Source of the DNA: a virus
Lineage: Duplodnaviria; Caudoviricetes
Length of the DNA stretch: 36,378 bases
Virus record (IMG/VR): IMGVR_UViG_3300039305_000017
Coordinates: 1-36,378 of that record
Strand: one strand, 5' to 3'
Under the pieces are notes generated by a model that saw only the letters and a list, made by a program, of their open reading frames with translations, had not been told where the DNA came from and searched no databases. The position numbers and the translations under genes were made by a program. Shown in pieces: positions 15,444 through 25,034 of this stretch. Positions within the stretch are counted from its first letter, which is position 1. Every line of letters starts with the position of its first letter.

Positions 15444-17636
15444 TTAACCGCTGCCTTCGGGCGCGGTGACTACGTAAGTGATTGCCGCTCCAGCGGTGCC
15501 GTTGCTGGTAAGGCAGCGCGCCCTGTATTCTGCAGCGCCCATGGCGTTGAGCGTTGCCGCTTGGCCCGGTCGAACGTTTGATGAGTCTACGGTTTCCCAA
15601 TTGAATTCTGGGAATCCGCTGTTCCTTTGCAACTGGAGTGATGCGACCTGAACGTTGTTGGTGGTGAGAACGAACTCCAGTTCGAGGCCTTCGGTCGTCG
15701 ATGATATTTCTATCGGTGCCCCCGGCACATTATTGTTCTCGACGACGGGACCACTAAAAAGGTCGGAGAAATAGCTGCCGTCATCGCCGTTGAAGACCCG
15801 AACGCGCGCGTCGATGGGTTCCCCAAGGAAGTTTCCAGACACGTAAGCGCCCATCGCGGAATATGTTGGATCACCACTTGGTAACTCGCTTTCGACGCTG
15901 CCGGGATATTCCGTCATCGCCTGCCATGGTTGAGGCAACCCGCCACTGTAGGTTCGATAGTTGGCTTCAGCGATGTCATATTCCTGCGCTGGCAGCGTGA
16001 AGCCGATCCTCAGCTCTTTGCCCCCACCGGGATAGGTGATCTGGATGGCTGCGTAGGGAGGGTTTGGTTTGATCAAATCACTTTCATAGCCAAGCTCTGG
16101 GATAACCTCGGGCGGAAGAGCCTCGTCAACGGCAGGGTTCCATGCCGGAAGCAACGGCCAAACCGTGCAAGGAATCTCGACCGATCCGTTCTCGTCATCA
16201 ATGCGCGGCGCATCCATGCGCACCTTCATGATGTCGCCCAGGTCTGGCTCCTCGATCTGCGCATAGAGGAGACCCCAAGCCGCCAGCCCGACCATGTTAG
16301 TCACCATCCTAACGCGATCGGCACGCGCGACAGCGAACTTACGACGTGCGATACGCTGAGCTTGTGCGGCCGATGGACAGAACGGAAGCTCGATGTCGAG
16401 GTACTTGGGCCCGTACCGGTCAACCTCGTCCTGAACGACGGCCCACGCAATACCAGCAAGGTTCAAGTCCGCTAGTTCGTAGTTGCGCTCCGGCGAATAA
16501 TAGCGGACACGGCAGATGTTAGGACGGTCAACTGCCTCAGGGCCTGATTGCCAGCCATAGTCGTACATATCGCGCGGCTCGAAGCTGATCTCCGGTGTCA
16601 CCTCGTCGTCGATCAGCTCGAAGTAGATTAGCCCGTTTTCGTCCAGCCGGATTTCGAGACCGGCAGAATCAAGGAACTGGTGCATCGTGTCGCCGCGCTC
16701 GCTTTCCCATGCCCACATGCCCCAGAGGCGCGACCGCTTCTCTGTGCCTGTCCTAGTGGCCACGGTGGCTTGCGCCTTGACCGCTTCGACGGTAATGCGC
16801 GGCCAGTTGAACCGTGCCGATGAGAATGCAGGATCACGCCGCAGCACATGGGCGCAGATCAGAACGGAGTTTTCGCTCCAGACCCAGGTTGCGGGGTTGT
16901 CCATCTGGCAGTTTACATCGAACGGGTCATAGATCCGCGAGGCGCGAGCTATGACCTCCGAGTTTGGGGCGCCGTTCTGGTAAAGGCTGAGGTACTTCGG
17001 CTCCGTCAGCCCTGGGTTGAAAAACAGCAACTGCGACTGAGCTATACCGCGCACACGATGTGCTGCCGTCCAGAGCGTCGGGAAGTGCGTCATGAGGCCA
17101 GCCCATGCGGTCTCCGTGCCTGCTCCGAGTTTGTCTTGCCAATTGGCCCAAGATCCACCAGGGCGAGCCCATGGTGGCGAACTTACATCCCCGTTAGGAT
17201 CGACTGTGACCTCTCGTCCTCCAAGGAAATATGTCTCGTAGGCATCTACCGGGCCCTGAAGGCGGCAAATCAAACGGCCTCTCGTGCTGCCATCAGTGTT
17301 GCCGAAGGCCTGGAGCCCGGCCACACGAACACGCCCAACGCCCTCTATGACCGAACTCTCCCCGGTTTCGAAGGTGTTCTTCGCGTCAGATGGCTTGATG
17401 GCGCCGCCACGTGGCCGCTGCGCTCCGAAGAGCGAGGCAGCAACCACCGCGCCGCCGACAATGACATTGGCGGCGATGGTGGCGATCGTGCCGGCCGCCG
17501 TAGCCGCGATTGCCGTGCTTGACAGCAGAAAGCCATGGATGGCGGTTGCAATCAGCGAGACTGGATCTGCATGCGCATGGCCCACCATGGCAGCCCACAA
17601 GGCGCTGCTGGCAAGCATCAGCTTCTTGAGCTTCAT
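15444..17636 (-). CDS. Tail tip/hub protein (gpJ-like host specificity protein)
   Basis: GRVRVAG, IYDP..., WSEN..LI, FCPS.AQAQRIA motifs; ATGA overlap at 17633-17636. Confidence 0.8.
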   Translation of the reverse strand: MKLKKLMLASSALWAAMVGHAHADPVSLIATAIHGFLLSSTAIAATAAGTIATIAANVIVGGAVVAASLFGAQRPRGGAIKPSDAKNTFETGESSVIEGVGRVRVAGLQAFGNTDGSTRGRLICRLQGPVDAYETYFLGGREVTVDPNGDVSSPPWARPGGSWANWQDKLGAGTETAWAGLMTHFPTLWTAAHRVRGIAQSQLLFFNPGLTEPKYLSLYQNGAPNSEVIARASRIYDPFDVNCQMDNPATWVWSENSVLICAHVLRRDPAFSSARFNWPRITVEAVKAQATVATRTGTEKRSRLWGMWAWESERGDTMHQFLDSAGLEIRLDENGLIYFELIDDEVTPEISFEPRDMYDYGWQSGPEAVDRPNICRVRYYSPERNYELADLNLAGIAWAVVQDEVDRYGPKYLDIELPFCPSAAQAQRIARRKFAVARADRVRMVTNMVGLAAWGLLYAQIEEPDLGDIMKVRMDAPRIDDENGSVEIPCTVWPLLPAWNPAVDEALPPEVIPELGYESDLIKPNPPYAAIQITYPGGGKELRIGFTLPAQEYDIAEANYRTYSGGLPQPWQAMTEYPGSVESELPSGDPTYSAMGAYVSGNFLGEPIDARVRVFNGDDGSYFSDLFSGPVVENNNVPGAPIEISSTTEGLELEFVLTTNNVQVASLQLQRNSGFPEFNWETVDSSNVRPGQAATLNAMGAAEYRARCLTSNGTAGAAITYVVTAPEGSG

Positions 17637-18040
17637 CGGATAGACCAAACCTTCAGGATCGTGCGCTGGCGAGGCTTCAGGACTCGGTAACCCTGCGGCT
17701 CAGCCCGCCATGCGAAATAGTTCTCGTCGATGAAGATGCCGCCGCACTGCCCATAGGCGTGCGTCTCGATGATTCCGACGTCCCCGGCTTCCGGCGCGCC
17801 GGTTTCCATCAGATGCGTCTCGGCTAGCGCTTCATCCCAAATTGCCACCAGCGATCCGGCCTTCTCGATCAAAGCGTGCGCTTCGTCTCGATCCGCATAG
17901 CTGAGGCGAGGCACCATGACACCGCAGGCCCGCTCCACCCATTCGGCAGGCCAAGTCGTGCAGTCGCTCGCGCCCCAGACCATTGGTTTGTCTACGGTCT
18001 CAGCCAGGAAAGCTTGGAGCAGATCAGGAATGTCGCTCAC
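17633..18040 (-). CDS. Tail-associated NlpC/P60-like protein
   Basis: WGASDC..WPAEWV and GDVGII motifs; position in the tail tip block. Confidence 0.75.
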   Translation of the reverse strand: MSDIPDLLQAFLAETVDKPMVWGASDCTTWPAEWVERACGVMVPRLSYADRDEAHALIEKAGSLVAIWDEALAETHLMETGAPEAGDVGIIETHAYGQCGGIFIDENYFAWRAEPQGYRVLKPRQRTILKVWSIR

Positions 18041-18618
18041 GCGCGAATGACCTCCTGCACTCGAACTCCCACGAACATTAAGCCCTTGTCGCCGGGATAG
18101 CGGCGTTGCTGTTCAGCATCAGTCCACTTGCCGCCAAATGGGAAGTTCTGGCTTTGCCACAGCGTTTCGACCGTGAAGGAGACGGTGCGGACGCCAATGC
18201 CGGTCGTCTGCCTCTTCGGGGCTGACAAGTAGCCGGGGAAAAGCTTCTTCAGCCCGCCCGCCCAAACCTCCTGCGTCTCCTGGTCAAAAGCCGCCCAATA
18301 GAGATCGCAGAGAGCGCCTTCGGTCTGCCTCGCTTGATCCTTCACCGATCTCAGGAATTCGACGTTCACACCGGAAAGGACAATATCGACCTTGGCAGCC
18401 TGCCCGAAACGCGGATCTTCCACGGCGGACAGAGACACGAGCTGCCGGCCGGCAGGATCAGAGACCCCCGACCATTCGTGACCGCCAACATTCTGGGTTC
18501 CAACGCCGTTGTGCAGCCGCCATGTGCCTGAAGGCAGACCAAACTCAGCAAACCATGCGCGCGCGATGTGCGGGCGCCGCAGGAAGTCGCGGTCGGCTTC
18601 TGTAAAAGGTCCTGGCAT
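18037..18618 (-). CDS. Minor tail protein (gpL-like position)
   Basis: WTDAEQQRRYPGDKGL.FV C-terminal motif. Confidence 0.75.
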   Translation of the reverse strand: MPGPFTEADRDFLRRPHIARAWFAEFGLPSGTWRLHNGVGTQNVGGHEWSGVSDPAGRQLVSLSAVEDPRFGQAAKVDIVLSGVNVEFLRSVKDQARQTEGALCDLYWAAFDQETQEVWAGGLKKLFPGYLSAPKRQTTGIGVRTVSFTVETLWQSQNFPFGGKWTDAEQQRRYPGDKGLMFVGVRVQEVIRA

Positions 18619-18620
18619 CC

Positions 18621-19328
18621 TCAGTCCGCGAAATACTGGCGTACATCCGCATCGAAAACCTCGATCATGCGGACGGTAGCGCCGACGGTGTGAACCTGCT
18701 CTTCGACAGGATACTCGAAGTCTTGGATCATCAGGCGCATGGCCAAGACGGGATAGAGTGTAGCGAAGTCATCGGTGGTGATAGCCTTCCGGAGCGGTGG
18801 CCAGATTCGGTACTGTCCTTCACCGAGTTCCGCAGTCACCTGATAGAGACCGAAGTGCAGCGGGAAGAAGCCTATCCGGTCTCCCCACTTGAGTTTGCGG
18901 CCCCAGAACGCTGTATCGAGCGTGATGATCGTTGCCTCCTTCGAGGCAGCAGCGGCGACCACCACGTTCGGATAGGTGAAGCCCCACCGCATGCCGTTCG
19001 ACCACTTCATGCCGTTCGACCAAGGCATATTGCCTGCCCCCGCCGCCACACCTGCCCGCGCCTTCTGCATCAGGTCTCGATCGGTCATCTGCCACCGGGA
19101 AGCGTTTGCCCCCTTCTGCTGAGCGACAAGCCAGCCGCGGAAGTGTCGGTACTCCTCGCCCTCCATCGGCGGGAATACGAACTCCCATACCCAGCCGCCG
19201 AAGGCAGACGCAACGCTCTGTGTGAAGTTGCCGATCGACGTGCTGCTTGAAGCTCCCACGGCTTCGGGACCTGCAAGCGGTCGCTGCGACACGACCGGCA
19301 CATCAACAAACGGTAAGAGCCTTGCCAT
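18621..19328 (-). CDS. Distal tail/minor tail protein
   Basis: Directly after tape measure; IWPPLR motif. Confidence 0.7.
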   Translation of the reverse strand: MARLLPFVDVPVVSQRPLAGPEAVGASSSTSIGNFTQSVASAFGGWVWEFVFPPMEGEEYRHFRGWLVAQQKGANASRWQMTDRDLMQKARAGVAAGAGNMPWSNGMKWSNGMRWGFTYPNVVVAAAASKEATIITLDTAFWGRKLKWGDRIGFFPLHFGLYQVTAELGEGQYRIWPPLRKAITTDDFATLYPVLAMRLMIQDFEYPVEEQVHTVGATVRMIEVFDADVRQYFAD

Positions 19329-21460
19329 CAGGCGCGAGTCTTTCTGCTCTGTGAGACCTTGTTGCGGTCATCAATGGTCTTGCCGATGTTCTTAGTGATC
19401 TGCCGATCGCGCTGATCGAGCATCTTCTGCATCTCCGCGAGCGTCCGCTTATCAGCGTTGCCCTGCACGATGATCTGCGACCCTTCGATCATGATGTTGT
19501 TGTTCGCCGGTGCAGCCACCGGCATGGCAGGCGTGACATAGCCACCGGAGGCGTAACCCTTGGCAGCCTTGTGTGCCCGATCGAGATTAGCGACTCCTAT
19601 GCGAGCAGTAGCAGCCTTAGAGAATACATATTCCCCGCGATGAACTATCCCGGCAGCTTGATGGGTCGCGCCGTTACCAGTGTATCCACCTGAGGCAAAG
19701 CCAACACCGAGGAACCCACCGATCAAGTTTTGGAAGAAGCCTCCGCCGAGGATGCCCTTGCCTCCTTGCGCCAAGTTCATGGAGTTGAGCAGCTTCAGAA
19801 CGACCGGGATGGCCTGAAGTAGAGCATCCTTCCATGTCATGGTGCCCTCAGTCAGCCCCTTCAGGATACCGCCGAAGCCCTGCCCCGCCTCGTTCCATGC
19901 TTCCTGCACTTCCTTCGCATGCTTGGTCGCCACTTCAACGGCAGCCATCTGTGCAGCGAGACCCTGAAGCTCGGCGCGACGGGCGGGCGTGAGTTCAAGC
20001 CCCTTCTGCTGCACCTGATTGAAGAGGTCCGTCTCATACCGTAGGCGAGCAGATGCCTCTTCGGTCATGCCAATGGCTTGTTCTTCCGCCTTCAGAGAAG
20101 CAATTCGTCGGTTAGCGCCGTCTACGATATCGGAATACTTCTCGCCCTCGGTCTTGCCGCCTCCGCCCTTCTTCTTGGCTTTGTCGTCAACCGTGGTGAT
20201 CCACTTCGACAGTTCCTTCAGCTTGCCGCTGGCATAATCTGCGCCCTCGCCAATGCTGGAGCCGATGTTGCCGATCCAGTCGGTCTTGCTGGCCTGATTG
20301 ATGGCATCGTTGATACTGGACCCTACCTGCCCCGCAGCGCCCGCCCACGGATCGTTCATCCCGCCGAAGGATACCTTACCGATCGTGCCCAACTGCACAC
20401 CGCCACCGGCGAAGCTGGGGAGCTTCGAGAGCATGCCATTGATGCCTTCGATAAAGCCGTTCAGCAGTTCGCTGACGCCGTTGACCATTGCCTCAACCGC
20501 CTTGATGACGGCGTTGGCCGTCTGGACCATGAGGCTGCCGAGCGCGGCTGGAAGAACGGCGAAGGAGGCCTTGATGCCATTGACGGCACCGACGAATACC
20601 GAGATCATCGTGTTGCCGGCGACCTTGAACACCTGCAGAACGTCAATCCCAAAGGCGCTCTTGATCTCGTCTCGGAGGACGTAGACAGCAGCACCGACGG
20701 CAGCCAAGGCAGTCAAAGTCAGCGTGAGAGGCGCGGCGGCCGCATACCATGCGACAGCGAACTGAGCAGCGGCCATGGTTGCAGCCGTCGCCAAGCCAGC
20801 AAGATAAGCGGTCACACCGAGGATGCCGCCGACGATGGCAGGGCCATAGATCAAAGCCAGTGCTGCAGCGGCGGCGATAGCATAAGGCGCTATGGTGTCG
20901 AGCGCGTTCGCCAGCCCGGTAAGGGCGGATGCTGCGAGCGTTGCCCACGGCACCATCTGGAGACCAGCAGCGAGCAAAGCTGTGAGGCCGACAGCCAGCA
21001 ATGTCACCGGCGACAGCATTGCGAGGAAGGCCGCGCCAAGCGTCCTCAGCGGACGCTCTACGCCCATCAAGCCCTGTGCGACCTGAAGACCTTGCTGCAT
21101 GCCAATGAGGGCAGCGTTCATCCCGCCAGCGGCCGTCGTGACGATATCGAAGCCCTGCGCCGCGAAGTTCGAGACGTTGTGCATCTTGGTCAGGCCAGGC
21201 ACGTTCTGGTTTGCTGCAACGGCATGCGCCCGCATAGAGGCGGCCGCCTTATCAGCAGCGGTAGCTTCGGCCCGGAGAGCGGTCGCCGTGGCATTGGCGG
21301 CCTGAGATGCCATCTGTCCTGCTTTGGATGACGATGGACCGATGCCCTCTACAGCGGCTTCCGCACGCTTGGCGGCGCCAGAGAGCTGATCAAGCTTCGA
21401 TGTCGCCTGATCAAGGCCAGTGGTTTTCGCCTCGATACCGAGAGTAGCCAGTTCAGCCAT
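19328..21460 (-). CDS. Tail tape measure protein (710 aa)
   Basis: Ala/Gly-rich, QGFDI...MQQG.Q N-terminal motif, C-terminal FASGGYTG...AGIVHRGEYVF. Confidence 0.92.
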   Translation of the reverse strand: MAELATLGIEAKTTGLDQATSKLDQLSGAAKRAEAAVEGIGPSSSKAGQMASQAANATATALRAEATAADKAAASMRAHAVAANQNVPGLTKMHNVSNFAAQGFDIVTTAAGGMNAALIGMQQGLQVAQGLMGVERPLRTLGAAFLAMLSPVTLLAVGLTALLAAGLQMVPWATLAASALTGLANALDTIAPYAIAAAAALALIYGPAIVGGILGVTAYLAGLATAATMAAAQFAVAWYAAAAPLTLTLTALAAVGAAVYVLRDEIKSAFGIDVLQVFKVAGNTMISVFVGAVNGIKASFAVLPAALGSLMVQTANAVIKAVEAMVNGVSELLNGFIEGINGMLSKLPSFAGGGVQLGTIGKVSFGGMNDPWAGAAGQVGSSINDAINQASKTDWIGNIGSSIGEGADYASGKLKELSKWITTVDDKAKKKGGGGKTEGEKYSDIVDGANRRIASLKAEEQAIGMTEEASARLRYETDLFNQVQQKGLELTPARRAELQGLAAQMAAVEVATKHAKEVQEAWNEAGQGFGGILKGLTEGTMTWKDALLQAIPVVLKLLNSMNLAQGGKGILGGGFFQNLIGGFLGVGFASGGYTGNGATHQAAGIVHRGEYVFSKAATARIGVANLDRAHKAAKGYASGGYVTPAMPVAAPANNNIMIEGSQIIVQGNADKRTLAEMQKMLDQRDRQITKNIGKTIDDRNKVSQSRKTRA

Positions 21461-21851
21461 TCTTTGGTTTCCTCTCGCGCTTCACCACTCGTCGATCCTT
21501 GGCAGCGGCACGGATCGTTTGTTTCTGATCAGCAACGTCAGCCTCGGTGGCCTCGCGCCGCTGCTCACCGGTCTTGTTCAGGATAGAGGTGACGACTGTG
21601 TCGATCCGCCGGATAACCGACAGTTCCCACGGCGGGATGATTGCCCCAGTCATGCGACAGAAGCTCTCGATCTCGCTGAAGGTGATGGGATTGGCTGCAA
21701 AGCCGTATTGGCGGGTGTTGTGGAGCTCGACGAACCAGTCCCAGATGTACTCAAGGTCTTCGGCAAGCTCCGGTTCCGCGTCCGAAGAACGACGCGGAAG
21801 GAAGTAGGCCCTCGCGTAGTCGATCAGCTCGTCTGCGAGGGCATCATAAAA
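21453..21851 (-). CDS. Tail assembly chaperone C-terminal (gpT-like) segment reached by -1 frameshift
   Basis: Open -1 frame YDALADELIDYARAYF...YIWDWFVEL...NPITFSEIESF...PWELSVIRRID; no RBS-supported start. Confidence 0.75.
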   Translation of the reverse strand, partial: FYDALADELIDYARAYFLPRRSSDAEPELAEDLEYIWDWFVELHNTRQYGFAANPITFSEIESFCRMTGAIIPPWELSVIRRIDTVVTSILNKTGEQRREATEADVADQKQTIRAAAKDRRVVKRERKPKNG

Positions 21852-22234
21852 CGGGCGTCCTCGTCGGCACGCTCGTCAATCTGCTCCCCGATATAGAAGA
21901 ATTCGGGCTTGCTGATGATGGCAATCACGCTCTCTGGCGTGGCTGGCACCGGCTGGCCGCCGTTCGTCATGTTCCAAGACACGACCGCGGCAGCGACGAT
22001 CTCATTGGTCTTTTCTTCGACCTCTTCGACCGTTCCAGCTCGCTTGGGGTTCTTCTTGTTCGCTAAGATGGCAGCGTTGCCGAGCCGACGGTGGACGCGT
22101 TTGACGGCTTCCGACCGGTAGGACCGAACCTCTATGATCAACCCGTTCGGTTGACGGGTGATTGGGTCGAGGACTTCCAGCGTCGAGGTCTGCTCGAAGT
22201 CAAAGGTTTGAGCCTTCGAAATGTCAAAGGACAT
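21824..22234 (-). CDS. Tail assembly chaperone (gpG-like)
   Basis: Between tail tube and tape measure; ends ...DARF at the slippery site CCGTTTT (21848-21854). Confidence 0.8.
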   Translation of the reverse strand: MSFDISKAQTFDFEQTSTLEVLDPITRQPNGLIIEVRSYRSEAVKRVHRRLGNAAILANKKNPKRAGTVEEVEEKTNEIVAAAVVSWNMTNGGQPVPATPESVIAIISKPEFFYIGEQIDERADEDARFMMPSQTS

Positions 22235-22243
22235 GGATGCTCC

Positions 22244-22738
22244 TTACGGCGTGAGATCTGCCGGCTCGACAGTGAGCACAGCGGTGTTGATGCCGATCGA
22301 GAAAGTGCGCCTCAACACGTTGTCACCGGCGCCGATCTGCTTGCGCGCTGACATAACGAGGCCGCGGAAGTAGTCCACGCTGTTGGAAAAGCCAGCGTTT
22401 GGAGCGTCTTCGTACTCGATCTTGAAGTTGTAGAGGAACTTGGTCTGCTCGGCTGCGCGGATTGCGATCTGGCCTGCATCCTGCGGGTCGTCACCAACCA
22501 CGAGCGCGACAGTGCCGGCGTCTCGTGCGCCCTTCAGGTGCCGCACACGGCCATCGCCAAGAGACTGGAAGCTGACGTCTGCGGACTCGTCACCCACTTC
22601 GCCACCGTCCTCGACTTCCTTGATCTCTGTCCAAGTCAAAGCTTCGAAGTCATCGATCGCGTTGGCATCGGTGGAATAGTCAATGGCGGTGGTGCCGCCG
22701 ATGAACCAGCGGGTGCCGGTTGCGGTTGTGATCGCCAT
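22244..22738 (-). CDS. Major tail (tube) protein
   Basis: WTEI..V...GE.GD, KGARDAG, D.GQ motifs; RBS AGGAG. Confidence 0.85.
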   Translation of the reverse strand: MAITTATGTRWFIGGTTAIDYSTDANAIDDFEALTWTEIKEVEDGGEVGDESADVSFQSLGDGRVRHLKGARDAGTVALVVGDDPQDAGQIAIRAAEQTKFLYNFKIEYEDAPNAGFSNSVDYFRGLVMSARKQIGAGDNVLRRTFSIGINTAVLTVEPADLTP

Positions 22739-22756
22739 TGGCGTTCTCCTTTGTGG

Positions 22757-23185
22757 TTAGGCTGCAAAGGTCTCGTACTGGATGGTGACGGGCACCATCA
22801 GCGAGCCGTTTTGTGGCGGAAGCTGCGTCTGGTAGGGCTTCCGGTATATCTTCACCCTCACCCCGCTCTCGTGCAGGACGAAGTCTTTTGGGAAGTGGGC
22901 GATGATCTGGTCTGCTCGCTGCATCGGCACGATAATGCCGGTCCCTGAGCTGTAGTGGACCGTTACCTGCATGATGCCGCGGTGCTGCTGCCTCCCAGGC
23001 CCGAGCGTGCGGGTGTTGGTCGGGCCGGAGATGAAGGTGACCTCAAGATAGTCTTTCGGTTTCGTCTGGCCCGCCGGCGGAAAGGCAATGAAGGGCGATG
23101 CAATAGGCTGCGCTGGCGTGAAGGACAGCGCGGTCAGCCGATCCATCAGCGCCTTGAAGATGTTGGCTTCCGTGCCTGAGGGCAT
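22757..23185 (-). CDS. Tail terminator-like protein
   Basis: GIMQVTV, AD.IIAHF, VPVTI.Y; position before the tail tube gene. Confidence 0.75.
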   Translation of the reverse strand: MPSGTEANIFKALMDRLTALSFTPAQPIASPFIAFPPAGQTKPKDYLEVTFISGPTNTRTLGPGRQQHRGIMQVTVHYSSGTGIIVPMQRADQIIAHFPKDFVLHESGVRVKIYRKPYQTQLPPQNGSLMVPVTIQYETFAA

Positions 23186-23202
23186 TCGTGTATCCCTTGG
23201 TG

Positions 23203-23421
23203 ATGTCCGAGAAGCCGCCACTCAATGACAGCGAAGTCTATGATCGCCTGCACGAGGCGTGGCTTGCTGTTCAGGGGCGGACTGGCGAGACGACGCACGG
23301 CGACACCGCATTGAAGGTGGCTCGGACAATGCTCGTCACCCTACAAGGCGCTGTACTGAAGAAGATGGACGCTACAGACCCAGACGAGACTTTAGCTCTG
23401 CCGCCTTCCGATCAACTATAG
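23203..23421 (+). CDS. Small hypothetical moron protein, antisense to the tail operon
   Basis: MSEKPPLNDSEVYDRLHEAWLAV...; its 5' ~170 bp fills the gap between two tail genes. Confidence 0.6.
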   Translation: MSEKPPLNDSEVYDRLHEAWLAVQGRTGETTHGDTALKVARTMLVTLQGAVLKKMDATDPDETLALPPSDQL

Positions 23422-23818
23422 GCTGCCACTGCTGGGCTGCGGTGCGGACAAAGGCATCAGGTGCCTGCCCGTTCGATCCGAACTCCCGAAAAGCAGCATA
23501 GCCGGCCGTGAAGCCGACATAGATAGTGCTCTCGATATCTGCGCCAGCTATGACCGCTTCAATCTGACCGAAGTCTGCCGGGTACGTCTGACCTTCGACC
23601 GGTCCGGAACTCGCGATGATGCGGGGCATTGCCGTCGTGGAAGCCAGCGCCGATGCTCTCAGGAAGCCAGTGTCGACGCGCATACGCCCGCCTTCGCTGG
23701 TAGGCTTCAGCATCTCCTCCGTGACTTCCTGCACAGCCTCCTTGAACACCGCTTCAACGGCTCCCGGCACCTTGGCTGCAAACGCTGCGACCTTCGCGGA
23801 GAATGATAGCTTTGCCAT
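23372..23818 (-). CDS. HK97 gp10-like tail completion protein
   Basis: VDTGFLRAS, YA...EFG...QAP..FVR motifs. Confidence 0.85.
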   Translation of the reverse strand: MAKLSFSAKVAAFAAKVPGAVEAVFKEAVQEVTEEMLKPTSEGGRMRVDTGFLRASALASTTAMPRIIASSGPVEGQTYPADFGQIEAVIAGADIESTIYVGFTAGYAAFREFGSNGQAPDAFVRTAAQQWQPIVDRKAAELKSRLGL

Positions 23819-24852
23819 CAGGCGGCCTCTGCGCGATACCTGCGCGCGACAGCGCCGATATAATCAACCTTATACTGCACCCGGCAACGGCAGCCGCTCG
23901 TCTCGTTGATCGGCGCCATTGGATCACCGGGATAGCGCAGCATCGCACCGGAAGGGCTCAAGAACATCTCGTCGATACCTATGCCCTTGCCATTCAGGGC
24001 GCGGTGCGTATGGCGGACGCGGCTATCCCCCGCCGATCGCCAGACCTTCGTGATGTCCTGCGCCTCGACCTTGCCGCCAGCAATCTGCTGCCGGATCACC
24101 TCATCACGTGCCGAGCCGAGCGCCATCATGGTTTCGGTTCGAGCAATGTTCTCGCCACGGAGCCGAAGGTTGTTGTCGTTCAGGCGCGAGATGATCTTCT
24201 GCAACACTGCCGCATCAACCGGCTTCTCCTCGCGTATGGCCTTGGCAACCGTCCTGTCGAAGCGCTTATCCCGTGTCTGTAGCTCGAGATACTTCCGCAT
24301 CAGGACTGGATCGCCTGAAGCCAGGTTCTGCCTCGCTCTTTCGATGAACTCGATCTGTCGGGTCGTCAGGCCGATGATGCCACCCTCCCTGCGCCCGGTG
24401 ATCCTACTCTGCCGGCCGATCACGTCCAGAGCTGTGGCGCGAGGATTGAGGCCACGAGCAAGACCGCTCTCAAGAGCCATACGCACGCCCTGCCGCTGAT
24501 CCTCAGTGATGTAGGTCACCATCGTTGACGACAGTTCGCGAAGGAGGCGTTCCGCTTCAGGGTTGCGGACACCGAAGCGCCAGATGACGCGAGCGCCGTC
24601 TGGTCCCTTAGTCGGCAGCTCTTCCACCACGTTGACGCCGCCGGCGTTGAAGGCTTCCTGAAGCGCAATTTCCAGCGCGGCAAACGCCTCTCGATCAAGC
24701 TCCATTGCCTCAATCGCGCCGTTGATGTCGCCACGTTCCAGCCGCTCGATCACCCGGGCAATGACGATGCTCGACTTGATGCCCTCGATGCTCTCGCGAA
24801 ATGCGGCGGCAAGCTTGGGGTCGTACAGGTCGAGCAGTTCGTCGAAGGTCAT
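23818..24852 (-). CDS. Minor head/head morphogenesis protein (Mu gpF / SPP1 gp7-like)
   Basis: IARTET, KVW.SAGDSRVR.TH..LNG, YPGDP...E..GCRC. Confidence 0.88.
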   Translation of the reverse strand: MTFDELLDLYDPKLAAAFRESIEGIKSSIVIARVIERLERGDINGAIEAMELDREAFAALEIALQEAFNAGGVNVVEELPTKGPDGARVIWRFGVRNPEAERLLRELSSTMVTYITEDQRQGVRMALESGLARGLNPRATALDVIGRQSRITGRREGGIIGLTTRQIEFIERARQNLASGDPVLMRKYLELQTRDKRFDRTVAKAIREEKPVDAAVLQKIISRLNDNNLRLRGENIARTETMMALGSARDEVIRQQIAGGKVEAQDITKVWRSAGDSRVRHTHRALNGKGIGIDEMFLSPSGAMLRYPGDPMAPINETSGCRCRVQYKVDYIGAVARRYRAEAA

Positions 24853-25034
24853 GGGTTGGCCTTAGCGATTTGCTTTTCAGCCGTCTTTGTGGCCGGCTTC
24901 ACCATTCCCTGCTGTTCGAGCGCGGCGGCTTTCTGTGGTGGCAGTTCGGTCTTCTCGCCCATGCGGTACCGCTCGAAGGGCACGACGACCTCGACCTTGA
25001 CGTACTTCGCGCGTGGATCTGGTTTCTCGGTCAT
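24849..25034 (-). CDS. Small hypothetical phage protein
   Basis: 4-nt overlaps on both sides. Confidence 0.7.
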   Translation of the reverse strand: MTEKPDPRAKYVKVEVVVPFERYRMGEKTELPPQKAAALEQQGMVKPATKTAEKQIAKANP

